Source: Thecamonas trahens ATCC 50062 (Eukaryota > Protista > Apusomonadida). Taken from it: DNA of 64,000 nucleotides. The position numbers and the translations under genes are program-made. The notes below the pieces were generated by a model. It saw nothing but the letters and a program-made list of their open reading frames with translations. It was not told the origin of the DNA and searched no databases. Below are positions 45,156-56,600 of the stretch, one piece after another (position 1 is the stretch's first letter; the number at the start of each line of letters is the position of its first letter). The DNA is taken from contig NW_013657674.1 in assembly GCF_000142905.1 (NCBI RefSeq), positions 90,393 to 154,392 on the forward strand, given 5' to 3'.

Positions 45156-46703
45156 TCAGAGCTGCAGCCCGCGGATCGAGAGCCCAACCCCGCTGGTCCC
45201 ATAGGCTCCTCCCTCGGCTCCGCCACTTCTCCGACCCACCGCTGCGTCCAGGTCTGCCCGCGCCCGCGCGAGCATGTTCCGCGCGCTTCGAGCAGAGTAC
45301 CCCGTTCGATGCCGCAGGTACGCATTTTGTGCGCGCGCCCGCCGCGCCCGACCAACAGCCTCGCCGGGCCGAGCCGATGCCGCCGCCGCTGCGCCATCGC
45401 CTGTTGTCGCAGCGCCGATGGCGGTTGCTGAGACTGCAAGCGGTGGAAGGTCGACCCGCGGCCGGACGGGCGGCGCTCGTCGCCGCGCCGCCGCCGCTCT
45501 CTCTCGCGCACGGCTCGCTCGTGCATTGCGCCGTCGCGCTGCAATGACACGTTCCAGCTCGCGGGCAGAGCTGCCTGAACTCGTGCCTGCTGCAGCATGC
45601 CCGGGTCTCTGCTCATCGAGCTGAAGCAAGAGATTGTAGTCCTCAGATGAAAGCTCGCGGCTCTGGAGATCGGCGACCAGCTCTGGATCGAGGGCTGGCG
45701 ATGGCGTTGCGCGGCGCGGCGGCGGCGCCCCGAGCCCGCGACGCATCGGTGCCCGGACAAACACATCACCCGGCTCGTGCTTGCAGTCAAAGACCGAGTG
45801 ATGTGGGTGGGCGCCGGCGTGAAAGCAGCCTGCGCACAGGTTTGTTGGCGTTGCGCACATGGCGCAGCGGAATCGCAGGCCACGGATCGGCGTCGACCGG
45901 CAGGCCGAGCAGCGGGTCCCGGCATGGACCGCCGGTGCGTCGTCGGCGGTCGCCACTACGACGCCGCCTTCGCCGAGTACACCCGGCGTTTGGTACAGCG
46001 GCCAGCTTTCGCGGCAGAACGGACAGTTGACCTGGCTCTCTGACGCGAGCTTGTACTCGGCCCACACCTTCATGCACTGTGCATGGACCGAGTTGCCGCA
46101 GCCAAAGGCGCAAAACACAACATGCGTGCCTTCAGCGTACTCGTCCTGGCAGATCGGGCACACTGCGCCGGCTTCGATCGCGCGATGGGACACACTCTCT
46201 ACAGCAGGCTCTACGCGGCGACTCGAACTCGCCGGCGCGCCGGCCTGGCCACTGTCGCTATCTGCGTCGGCACCAGCCACCACCCGCAACCTGCCCGCCG
46301 AGACCTTGTCGAGCTCGGCATCTACTAGCGCCAGCTGCCACAGCAGCGGCTCATCGGCATCAATCCCGCAGAGCTTGATGAGAACGTAGACAATGTGCAG
46401 ACAAGGCTCCGCCGCCGGCCCCGCCCTCCGCCGCGCCCGGCGTGCTCCCGGACACGAGCACATGTGGCTGTTGCCGAGCATGACCTTGACCCTTGCCGCT
46501 CCCTGCCTACGCGCACCACCACCCGCTCCAGCTCGATCACTGGCCCGATCGCCCTGCGGCTCCTCGCCCGCCTCGCGCGGCTGCAGCACAAACGAGGTCG
46601 GCCCGGGGGCGTCGACGAGGAAGAACCGCGCCGCACACGCCGCCTCGAGGGTGCGGGCAAACGAGGCCGGTGGCCGGACACGGTACGGCACCACCCGCGC
46701 CAT
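45156..46703 (-). CDS. ZSWIM2: SWIM-RING-ZZ E3 ligase (ZSWIM2/MEX-like)
   Basis: SWIM (CSC...CLHIVYVL); RING (CPICQ...CAFGCGNSVHAQCMKVW...CPFCR); ZZ (CSAC...CAMC...LCAGCF...HPHH); RELSSEDYNLLLQLD. Confidence 0.82.
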   Translation of the reverse strand: MARVVPYRVRPPASFARTLEAACAARFFLVDAPGPTSFVLQPREAGEEPQGDRASDRAGAGGGARRQGAARVKVMLGNSHMCSCPGARRARRRAGPAAEPCLHIVYVLIKLCGIDADEPLLWQLALVDAELDKVSAGRLRVVAGADADSDSGQAGAPASSSRRVEPAVESVSHRAIEAGAVCPICQDEYAEGTHVVFCAFGCGNSVHAQCMKVWAEYKLASESQVNCPFCRESWPLYQTPGVLGEGGVVVATADDAPAVHAGTRCSACRSTPIRGLRFRCAMCATPTNLCAGCFHAGAHPHHSVFDCKHEPGDVFVRAPMRRGLGAPPPRRATPSPALDPELVADLQSRELSSEDYNLLLQLDEQRPGHAAAGTSSGSSARELERVIAARRRNARASRARERAAAARRRAPPVRPRVDLPPLAVSATAIGAATTGDGAAAAASARPGEAVGRARRARAQNAYLRHRTGYSARSARNMLARARADLDAAVGRRSGGAEGGAYGTSGVGLSIRGLQL

Positions 46704-46912
46704 GCAGAGAGAGACAGAGACAGAGACGGTTTGGTGGAGTCAAGTGCCCCAGCCCCGTGGTCGTCGGCGGGGTGTCGCCGCGCGGCGGGTCTGCCGCCGT
46801 GGGCGCCAACGTGCGCCAGGCCGACATGTCATGATTACCGCCATCGCCCGCGCGCTTCTCCCGGCCACGTCAGATACTGGGCCCCGATGCAAGCGCGAGT
46901 GCAAGTAAAGGG

Positions 46913-46998
46913 GATGATGGCAGTGGCGGTGGTGATAGTGGTGATTATGGTGGTGGTGGTGGTGGTGGTGGTGGTGGTGGTGGTGGTGGTGGCGGTGG
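46913..46998 (+). repeat. (GGT)n intergenic microsatellite
   Basis: Seen directly in the sequence. Confidence 0.9.
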
Positions 46999-47196
46999 CA
47001 CTCATGTTTACGAGACCGCCGGGTGCGTGGCTGCAGCTCGACGGCCGCCAACAAGAAGACTCGAGAGATCAGCCTCTTTGGTCTTCATCCCCCCTTTCCT
47101 TTTCTCCATGATAGGTGACTTGTGGTCATTGCCTCACAGCTCCAACCTCCATGGCAACCGCGGCGCGAGCAATGCGCAGCAGACTGGAGAAGGCGG

Positions 47197-47793
47197 CTAG
47201 GCCTCGGAAGCGCGAAAGTACTGGAAGAGCGAGTAGAGGACAAAGAAGATGGCAACCATAAAGAGTGCGAGGTAGCAGATGTTGCGTGAGCCGCCAGTGG
47301 CGATCATGTCCGAGAGGCGGTTCATGGTCCTCCCCAGCATCGAGTTGGCCGACGTCATCGAGCCGTCCAGATCCTCGATGTCGTCGAGCTGCTGGCCGAG
47401 AATCGACCGCATCTCGATGGAGATGTGCTTGACCGTGGAGACCTTGGACGCAATGGCCTGGATCTCTGCGTCGTTCTGCTGGACCTGCATGTCCAGGTTG
47501 CGCGAGGCGAACGCCCGCTGCGCCTCATCATCACCCTCGCGCCGTGCCCCAAACAGCGCCGACCGCGCCGCACGCGCACCAGTGGCATCACTACCCTCTC
47601 ACCAACACCCCATAACCACCACCATTCCGCTGTGAGTCGCAGTCTGGTCTCTCCACCCGCCGCTCCTCCCCGGGCCATTCGCCACGCCGGCGGTGGAAGC
47701 CGGACTCGGTGCCTCGACACCACCACCACCTCCCCCCTCCCCCTTTCCATTCCTCCCCTCTGCACATATACAATACCCATACCGCAAAGACAT
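47197..47793 (-). CDS. BET1: Qc-SNARE BET1/BET1L; exons 47793-47783 and 47590-47197
   Basis: MSLR|DATGARAARSALFG...QNDAEIQAIASKVSTVKHISIEM SNARE motif plus C-terminal TM. Intron GTATGG...GTAG is phase 2 and in frame. Confidence 0.82.
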
Positions 47794-47983
47794 CTTTGAA
47801 GACGACGAGAGCATTCACTGCACCCAGAACAGCCGGGTCGAGGTCAACGGGTACGAGTCGGGTGTTCGTCTGTGCCGATCCCGCCCCCGCTCTCCGCAGC
47901 TCCCACCCCCTCCCTCCCACAATCCCAGGCCGACTCACTTTATGGACAACAACACGCTGCACGTCCCAAACTCCGGACCATGT

Positions 47984-50170
47984 TCAGAGCTCGACGTCAA
48001 GAGCAAGCGCCATAAAGGCGTACTTGTCGGCGGCCTCCTCGATGATCTTGGAGGTCGGCTTGCCGGCACCATGGCCAGCCTTCACCTCGACGCGGATCAT
48101 GAGCGGGGCGTCGAGGTGGCCGAGGGTGTGCTGGACCTGTGCGATAAACTTGAGCGAGTGAAGCGGGACGACGCGGTCGTCGTGATCGCCTGTGGTGAGA
48201 AGGAGGGCCGGGACGTAGCCAGAGGCCGGGGCACGCACGTTGTGGAGTGGCGAGTACGCGTGGAGGACGCGGAACTCGCGCTCGGTGGCCTCGGCGTTGC
48301 CGTAGTCGGAGCACCACGCCGAGCCGACGGAGAACTTGTGGAAGCGGAGCATGTCGAGGACGCCGACGTCAGCGACGGCGGCGCCAAAGAGGTGCGGGAA
48401 CTGGTTGAAGCACGCGGCGACGAGGAGGCCGCCGTTGGAGCCACCGTTGATAGCGAGGCGTGGGGCCGAGGTGTAGCCTGCGTCAAAGAGGTGGGTGGCA
48501 GCGGCGGCAAAGTCGTCGAAACAGTTGCGCTTGTTGCCAAGCGAGCCGGCCTTGTGCCACTCCTCGCCGTACTCGCCACCGCCGCGGATGTTGGCGATGG
48601 CGAGGACGCCCTTGAACTCAGAGACAAAGATGAGGCGGAAGACAGAAAAGTAGGGCGTGAGCGAGATGTTGAAGCCGCCGTAGCCGTAGAGGAGGGCGGG
48701 CGCCGAGCCATCGCGGACAAGGTCCTTGGGTGCAATGACAAACATGGGAATGCGAGTCCCGTCCTTGGAGTAGTAGAACTCCTGGGTGGCGGTGTACGCG
48801 TCGAGGTCAAAGCCAGGCACCTCGGTCGAGTCGATGAGGCGGGCCTCACCGGAAGAAAGGCTGTACTCGAACGACGAGCCCGGGTAGAGGAACGAGACAA
48901 ACTTAAAGGTAAAGGTCTCGTACTGGCGCGCGCCCGAGACCGACGCCACGGTCCCGACGCCCGGCAGTGGGACGTCGGCGATGCGGGTGCCCGACGCAAG
49001 CTCGAAAATCTCCAGGATCTCCTTGACGTCGCGCATCCACGAGACGACGAGCTTGTCAGCGCCGACAGCCATAGCAAACTGGAGCACGTCACCAGTAGTC
49101 GACTGCGGGACGAGCTCGGTGAACGCGTCCCGCGGCGTGGTGGCCGGCTCGGGAATGGCCACCGAGGTGTCGAGCGAGACGACCCGGTAGCGTGGCGCGT
49201 CGAGGTTGGTCTTAAAGTAAAAGACCGGCCCGTCGTTGGCGACAAAGTCGTAGCCGGCCTCAAAGTTGTCAACAAGCTTGTTCCACGCAATGTCTGCGGC
49301 CGATGGGGCGGCGAGGACGTCCGCAAGCGGGGCGATGTACACCTTGTTCACCGGGTCGCAGCCGGACGAGATGGAGAGGATGACGGTGAGTCCATCGTCG
49401 GAGAGGTTGACGCCGTAAAACTGGTCGGCGACGGTGGCGTCGTGATACACGAGCTTGTCATCGGCCTGCGGCGTGCCCATGGCGTGGTAGTAGACCTTCT
49501 GGAACTCGAGCTTGTCAGTCTCGGTGCCGGCGGCGTTGTCGGCCGAAGAGGCGACCGCGGCGCTAGTCAGCGAAGCCGGCGCGTCGTAGCGTGAGTAGAA
49601 CACGCCGGCGTTGTCGTGGGTAAAGGTGTAGCCGGAGAACTTGACCCACTCGAGCGAGTCGTCGAGCTCGGCGCCGGTGGCAGCGTCCTTGAAGGCCACG
49701 GTCTGCCAGTCGGAGCCGCCGCGCGAGATGCCGTAAGCAAAGAGCGAGCCGTCATGCGAGAAGGCCGATGCACGGAGGGCGGCCGTGCCATCGTCGGAGA
49801 GCGTGTTGACGTCGAGGAAGACGGACCAGTCGTTCGCGGGCGTGTCGAGCGCGTCGGCCTTGTACATGACGTACTGGTTCTGGAGGCCCGAGTTGCGGTG
49901 GCGGTAGTAGGCCGGGCCCTTGCGGAAGGGCACGCCGGCCTTGGGGTAGTCGTACGCTGCCGTCATCTTCTCCACCAGCCGCTCGCGTCCTGCGCACTGC
50001 TCCAGATACGCCGACGTTACCTTGTTCTGCTCCGCCACAAACGTCGCCGTCTCCTCGGCGTCAGGGTCCTCCAGGTGGCGGTAGGGGTCAGCCACCGGAG
50101 TCTCGAACAATGTCTCCACCACCTGTTCGTCTCTCCGACACGCCGGGTACGTGTACTTGCGGCTGGCCAT
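47984..50170 (-). CDS. PREP: Prolyl oligopeptidase (S9A)
   Basis: ADPYRHLEDPD, YGYGGF, GGSNGG, DHDDRVVPLHS and KAGHGAGK motifs. Confidence 0.96.
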   Translation of the reverse strand: MASRKYTYPACRRDEQVVETLFETPVADPYRHLEDPDAEETATFVAEQNKVTSAYLEQCAGRERLVEKMTAAYDYPKAGVPFRKGPAYYRHRNSGLQNQYVMYKADALDTPANDWSVFLDVNTLSDDGTAALRASAFSHDGSLFAYGISRGGSDWQTVAFKDAATGAELDDSLEWVKFSGYTFTHDNAGVFYSRYDAPASLTSAAVASSADNAAGTETDKLEFQKVYYHAMGTPQADDKLVYHDATVADQFYGVNLSDDGLTVILSISSGCDPVNKVYIAPLADVLAAPSAADIAWNKLVDNFEAGYDFVANDGPVFYFKTNLDAPRYRVVSLDTSVAIPEPATTPRDAFTELVPQSTTGDVLQFAMAVGADKLVVSWMRDVKEILEIFELASGTRIADVPLPGVGTVASVSGARQYETFTFKFVSFLYPGSSFEYSLSSGEARLIDSTEVPGFDLDAYTATQEFYYSKDGTRIPMFVIAPKDLVRDGSAPALLYGYGGFNISLTPYFSVFRLIFVSEFKGVLAIANIRGGGEYGEEWHKAGSLGNKRNCFDDFAAAATHLFDAGYTSAPRLAINGGSNGGLLVAACFNQFPHLFGAAVADVGVLDMLRFHKFSVGSAWCSDYGNAEATEREFRVLHAYSPLHNVRAPASGYVPALLLTTGDHDDRVVPLHSLKFIAQVQHTLGHLDAPLMIRVEVKAGHGAGKPTSKIIEEAADKYAFMALALDVEL

Positions 50171-50630
50171 TGCTTTGCTTCTCCGTCACTGAGTTGTGGA
50201 GATGTGTGTCAGAGTGGTGACTACGCCATAGTGCGACCTGTCCACCACTTCGGCTGCTGCTGCCTGTGATCATTTTGGAACAAGTTTGAATCACAGCAGC
50301 CACAGCCATGCCACCACCCCATCCACCACCATCCACACTAACTGCCGCTGTGTCCACCACCACCACCACCCTATCCCAACAGCCCATATCCCCCCAATCA
50401 CCCACCGCTGTATCATAGCCCATCCCCCCCCCCTCCCCAGCCCCCCCTTCCCCACCCAATCCCCCAAAAGCCAAATCACCTCCGTCCAATACTCGGACAC
50501 CTCAGCCCAGCGCGGCCCATCTCCGAAATCTTCCCATCCCTCCCACTCGGCGGCAGCAGCCAGCACCCGTCACCCCCTCTCACTCTCCACCTCCCCATCA
50601 ATCGGTGCAACACTCGACCCCCACCCTCCC

Positions 50631-53600
50631 ATGGCGTCCTCAAAGCACAAGGGCAAGAAGAAAAAGGCCAAGACCGGCAGCAAGCGCCGCCGTGAGGTTG
50701 AGGAGGCGCCTGCGTCGGTCGCTGCCTTCCCCCGGGCAGAGGATGGCGCAGATGTTTCATCCGCCGTCGGCGAGGGCCCTCCCCGGAAGCGCAAGAAGAA
50801 GAAGAAGGCCGCCACTGGCGCAGGCTCGTTTGTCCGTGGCACCACCGCCGTGCTGACCCCGCTCGAACGCCGCCTCATCCGCGAGCAGGCTGCCCGCGAT
50901 GCTGCTGCAGAGGCCGCTGGCGCCGTCCCGGCCGCCGTCCTCCGCGCTGGCAAGACCACTCTGCCCGTCGGCGCCGGTGGCTTTGTCCCAGGCTTCCTCC
51001 GCGACGACCTGCACGACGTCGAGGACACTGACGCTGCTGTCGAGGAGAACATCGCCGCCCTGCGCCCCTCGGCCGCCTCAGACTCGACTGAGAATGTCCA
51101 CATGGTCTCGCTGCGGAGCCGCGAGGGTCTCGCCGTCGGCACCACCGTCCTCGGCGTCGTCGTCTCGGTCTCCCCCATGCACATGTCTGTCTCGCTCCCC
51201 TCGGGTATCACCGCACGCGTCTCTATCACCGAAGTCTCTTCCGCCCTCACTGCCAAGCTCCAGCGCATCGCCGCCGCAGAGGAGGCTGGCGATGACGCCG
51301 CAGAGACCTGGGTCGACCTCACCGACCTCTACGCGCCCGGCACCTACGTTGCTGGTGTCATTTCCGAGGTCGACACCACCTCCAGCCGCCGTGTCGCCAT
51401 CACCCTCGAGCCGCGCCTCGTCAACGCCCGCCTCACCTCCTCCGCCATCGTCCCCGACTCGAACGTTTGGGGTGCCGTGACTTCGGTTGAGGACCACGGT
51501 TACGTCATCTCCTTTGGCATCCCGCACGTCTCGGGCTTCCTCCTCAAGTCCGACGCCAAGAACATCGAGTACGTCGAGGGCCAGGCTGCATACTTTTCCA
51601 TGATCAACCTCAACGAGACCTCCACCGCGGGCGTCATCCCGCTCCGCCCGCTCGCCCTCCGCACCATCACCGAGCCGCACGAAGACCTCACCCTCGACGC
51701 CGTCAACGTCGGTGCCCGCGTCAAGGCCACCATCGTCGCCGCAAACGATTATGGCCTCGTCGTCTCCATCCTCGGCTTCCTCAAGGCCACCCTCCATGTC
51801 GAGGAGATGGGCCTCGTCGACCCTGCCGCCTACTCGGTCGGCAAAACCATCAATGCCCGCGTCATCATCTTCAAGCAGGACGGTACTGGCATCGGCCTCT
51901 CCATTGCCAAGGCCGTCGTCAACTTTGAGCCGCCAGCCTCGCCCGACGCCATCACCCGCGGCGCTGTCTACGACGACGTCACCGTCGTCCGCGTCTCACC
52001 GCTTGGCCTCATCGTCGCCCTTCCTCTCCCTTCTGCCGCCGGCCCCGCCAGCGACGACGACGAAACCGACGACACACCCACCGCCGTCTCGCCCGCCCTC
52101 GTCCCCCCGACCTTCATCAACAACGATCGCTCCATCGCCAGCTACGCCGACTTGCAGGAGCGCTTTGGCCCGGGATCGACCGTCTCGGTCCGTGTCATTG
52201 CCTACTCGCACATCCAGGCCATCTTCAAGGTTGCCTGCGCGCCGGCTCTGGTCAAGGCTCCGTTCCTCTTTGCCTCGGAGCTCGAGATCGGCGCCCCGGT
52301 CACGGGAGAGGTCATCGTCGTCGAGCCCGAGTACGTCCAGGTTCGTCTCTCGCCGTTCTGTGTCGCGTCGGTCACCCGCGCCCACCTTGCCGACGTCTAT
52401 GTCTCGGACGCCACGGCTCGCCTCAAGGTTGGGGCTCACTTTTCCGGCGCCGTCCTCCGCATCTCTGGCCCGCGCGTTGCGCTCACCGCCAAGCCCTCGC
52501 TGCTCAAGGCTCAGTATCCGGTGCTCAAGTCGATTGACGAGGCCGCCTCCCTCATCAACTCGCTCGTCTCGGGTGTCATCACCAAGGTTGACAATCGCTC
52601 CGGCGTCTATGTTGCGTTTTACGGCGACGTCTTTGGCATCGTCCGCCCCTCGCATCTCGCCGCTTCGTACATCGAAATCCCGTCCGACATCTTCAACGTC
52701 GGCCAGGTTGTCTCGGCGCGCGTCCTCGCCTTTAACCCCGAAGACATCACGGCTGGCGTCCCCATCCCCATCTCGTTCCTCCGCACCGAGAGGCAGGAGA
52801 AGATGAAGCTCGAGGCGCGCGGCGCGTCGCGTGCCCCGCTTGCCGCCAAGCTCTACAAGACCCTCAAGACCTTCCACGCCGGCGAGCTCATCACCCCGGG
52901 TGTCCACTGCACCGTCGACGTTGTCGAGATCAAGCCGCGGACTGTCGTTGTCTCGATCACCCGCGACGACGGCGCCCCGCCCGTCATCGCCTCGATCGCC
53001 TCGTACCGCGTCACCGACTACCCGGAGATGTTTGAGGCTACCCGCTCGGCGCTGCAGGTCGGCCCGTGGCGCGCCGACATCTTCCCTGCCCTCCGCATCA
53101 TCAGCAACGTCATCGAGCAGTCGCGATACTCGCTCCAGCTCTCGATCAAGGAGTCGGACGTCGCTGGCCCGCTCCCGGCGTCGCTGGCCGACATGCAGAT
53201 TGGCGAGGTCTACACCGGAACCGTCTCTGGCTGCGCCACCTACGGTGCCTTTGTCACGCTCGCCAACGACGTCAACGTCCTCATTCCGATCAAGAACATC
53301 CTGTTTGGCGGCTATTATGTTGACGACATTGACTCGGTCGTCCCCACCCACAGCACCGTCGCCTTTGAGCTCACCGAGCTCGACCTCGAGACCCAGCGCG
53401 CGACCGGTTCCATGGCCACTGGCGCAGTCCTTGCCTCCTCGTCGCGCTGGATGCGTGGCCTCCTCGCCCGCCGCGCTGCGCTCTCCGCCGCCTCTGACAT
53501 CCCCAACCTGGTTCCCGGCCTCCCGCGAACCGCCACCGTCAAGCACATCCTTCCCACCGGCCTCATTACCTCGTTCGACGAGGCCCACGCATCCGACCCG

Positions 53601-56600
53601 ACGTCCACAACCACTATTTCCGGATTTACCAGTACCTCTCAGACCGGGTCGTCGGCGGTGGTCCCTGGCTCTGTTGTCGAGGGTCTCGTCCTCGACTTTG
53701 ACCCTACGTCGGCCATCGCCGACCTTTCGCTTGCCGACTCGCTTGAGGGCGCCGAGTTTGTTGCCGACTACGCCAGCCTTGCTGCCGCCCGCACCTCGAC
53801 CTCACGCAAGTCGAAGAAGGGCAAGGGCAAGGGCAAGGGCAAGGACAAGGCTGCTGCTTCCGTCGAGGGCGGAAGCGTGAAGGCCACTGTCCAGCTCATC
53901 AAGCCGTGCTATGCCGTGGTCACCACCTCTGACGCCATCGGCTACGTTCCGCTTGTCGGCTACAACGATGCGGTTCTGGTCAGCAAGGCTGCCGGCTCTC
54001 TCGACTCGGGTTCGGACGACAACGATGACGACGACGGCGACGAGGCGTCCGGCAAGACCCCGGCTGTGACCCATCTCGGTCGCCTGCGCACGCAGCGACT
54101 GGAGGCTCTCCCGGTCGCCGGTGCTTCCGGCACAGTCACACTCCAGGCTGGCGTCGGGAACAGCGCCATTGTCTTTGCCGCGCCCGAGATCGACGTCACG
54201 CGCGTGTCTTCGGCGCGCAAGTCCAGCGGCTCGTTCGGTGATGCCGGGAACAAGACGCTGACGCTCTCGACCGGTGCCGTTGCCTCGCCGACCGACGTGG
54301 TGACCGCAGCCGACCTTACCATCGGCGACCGTGTTGTCGGGCGGGTTCTCAAGAAGTTTGCCAACCAGATCGAGGTCCGGCTCGGGCGCAAGGTCAAGGC
54401 TCGTGTCCACTCGACCGAGGTCTTTGACGAGCTGCCAGACAAGGCGACGACGCTGGCGCCGTCGTTCCCGTTTGCCGACATTGAGCTTGGCTCGCTGGTC
54501 GAGGCCAAGGTCCTCGCCTTCAACGAGCGCATGGGCTCGGGCGGCCTCGCCGTGACTGGCCGCAGCAGGACCAAGAAGCGCCAGGCCATCGAGCTCACTA
54601 TGCGGCCGGCGGTGCTGGCCAAGCCTGACGGCAAGATCTCGACCAAGCACCTGGTCAAGGTTCACAAACTGAAGCGTGGCGACAAGCTGACCGGCTTTGT
54701 GCAGGGCTGCGACGAGGCGTGCATGTGGGTTGCTCTCGACTGCATGTCGCGCGGCCGGGTGGACATCCTGCAGATGCCCGCCGAGGACGTTGCCGACTCG
54801 TCGTTTGCTCGCAAGTACGCGCCGGGTTCGGCCGTCGACGTCTACGTCACCGACGTGACGGACAAGGTTGGTGTGAGCCTCTCGCTCCTCTCGCCAGCCG
54901 ATGCCGAGCTGCGCGAGGGCATGCTGGTGCCGGCACGGGTCATGGCGGTCACCTCCGTCTTTGTCTCGCTCGTCATCGGCTCGGGTGAGGTCGTTGTTGC
55001 TCCGCTTTCGCAGCTCTCTGACGTGTGGGGCGGCGAGGTCATCAAGTCGTTTACCACCGGCGAGGTCCGGATCGTGGCTATTGTCCGCGTCGGCCCACCC
55101 GAGAACATGGAGACGTCGTCGTTTGTGGCTCGCGTCTCGCTTCGCCCCTCGCGGCTGGAGAACCCGCTCGAGGGCCTCGTGCCGACGCAGGCGCGGTCGG
55201 CCAAGCTTGCGGAGCTCACCGCCAAGGAGGTGCTTACCACGCCCATGCCCGAGTACACCTCGGTCAACCAGCTTGTCAAGGGCCAGCTCGTCCATGCGTA
55301 CATTGAGGATGTGACCAACAAGGGTGCGTTCATTACGCTCGGCGACCGCCTCAACGGGCGGGTCCTCCTCCGTGACATGACCGACGCCTACATCAAGGAC
55401 CTCAAGTCGGCCTTTCCCAGAGGCATGCATGTCATTGGGCGTGTGTTGTCGATCGATCCTGTAGCGGGCTTTGTCAACGTCACGCTCAAGACGTCCGCAG
55501 TCGGCGCGACCGGCAACGAGCGTGAGATTACTATCCATACCCTCAAGGCCGGCAAGCGGGTCTCGGGCGTTGTCTCGCAGGTTGCGACCTACGGTGTCTT
55601 TATTCGCATCAACAACTCGTCGGTCTCGGGCATGGCCCACATTTCGGAGCTCTCCAACACTCGGGTCACCGACATTTCGGCGCTGTACTCGCCGGGCGAC
55701 CACGTGCGGGCGCTGGTGCTGAAGGTCGACCGCGAGCGCAACCGCGTCTCGCTTGGCCTCAAGCCGCAGTACTTTGTCAACGACGACGAGTCGGACTCGG
55801 ACTCGGACTCGGGTTCCGGCTCGGCCTCGGAGGTGATCGACATGGACGGCTCCGACTCGGACGGCTCGGGCTCGGACGGCTCCGGCTCGGACTCGGACGT
55901 CGCCGACATGGAGGTCCAGGGCGCTGTCAAGCTCCTCGACGCCGACGCTGACTCGTCGTCCGACGACATGGCCGCCCTCCGCTCGGGCCTTGCCGACATG
56001 GACGAGTCCGGCTCGGCCTCGGCCTCGTCCGACGACGCTTCGTCCGGCTCGGCGGCTTCAGACTCGCACTCGTCCGACTCGGCCTCGTTCATCGGCGCCG
56101 ACGGCTCGGATCTGTTTGCTGACGCTGATCTCGACCCGGCCTCAGACCCTAACCTGCTCACCCGCCTCCTGGCTGGTATGGGCACAAAGGCGGCGGTCAA
56201 GTCGAAGGCCAAGGCTAAGGCCAAGGCCAAGGCTAAGGCCAAGGCTAAGGCCAAGGCTAAGGCCAAGGCCAAGGCTAAGGCCAAGGCCAAGACGAAGAAG
56301 TCGAAGCGTGGTTCGTCAAGCTCAGGCTCGGCCTCCTCCTCGTCTGGCTCGGCCTCCTCCTCCTCCTCCTCCTCCTCCTCCTCCTCCTCCTCGTCCTCGT
56401 CGTCGTCGTCATCGTCGGTGGTGATGGAGGGCGAGATGGACGTTGCTGGTGGACGGAACGCGACGCGGCGCGAGAAGCGTGCGGCGGCCAAGAAGAAGCA
56501 GCGTGCCGAGGAGGCACAGACGCGGGCGCTCGAGGCTGCGCTTGTGGATGCGTCCAAGGCGCCCGAGTCTGTGGACGAGTTTGAGCGGCTGCTGTTGGCA

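Noticed and set aside
24317-47793. Functional cluster of V-ATPase/trafficking genes (ATP6V1F, TMEM199, VAMP7, BET1)
   Set aside because: They are interspersed with unrelated genes, which is compatible with chance in a dense genome.
47693-49594. 633-aa plus-strand ORF (likewise 37398-39290, 51996-53588, 53802-55703)
   Set aside because: These are antisense shadows of GC3-biased real genes and carry no motifs.
50286-50630. N-terminal ORF extensions of RRP5 (also 2612-2980, 14819-15298, 17820-18032)
   Set aside because: These begin at non-ATG codons and run through low-complexity C/G-rich promoter sequence. Downstream ATGs match the homolog starts better.
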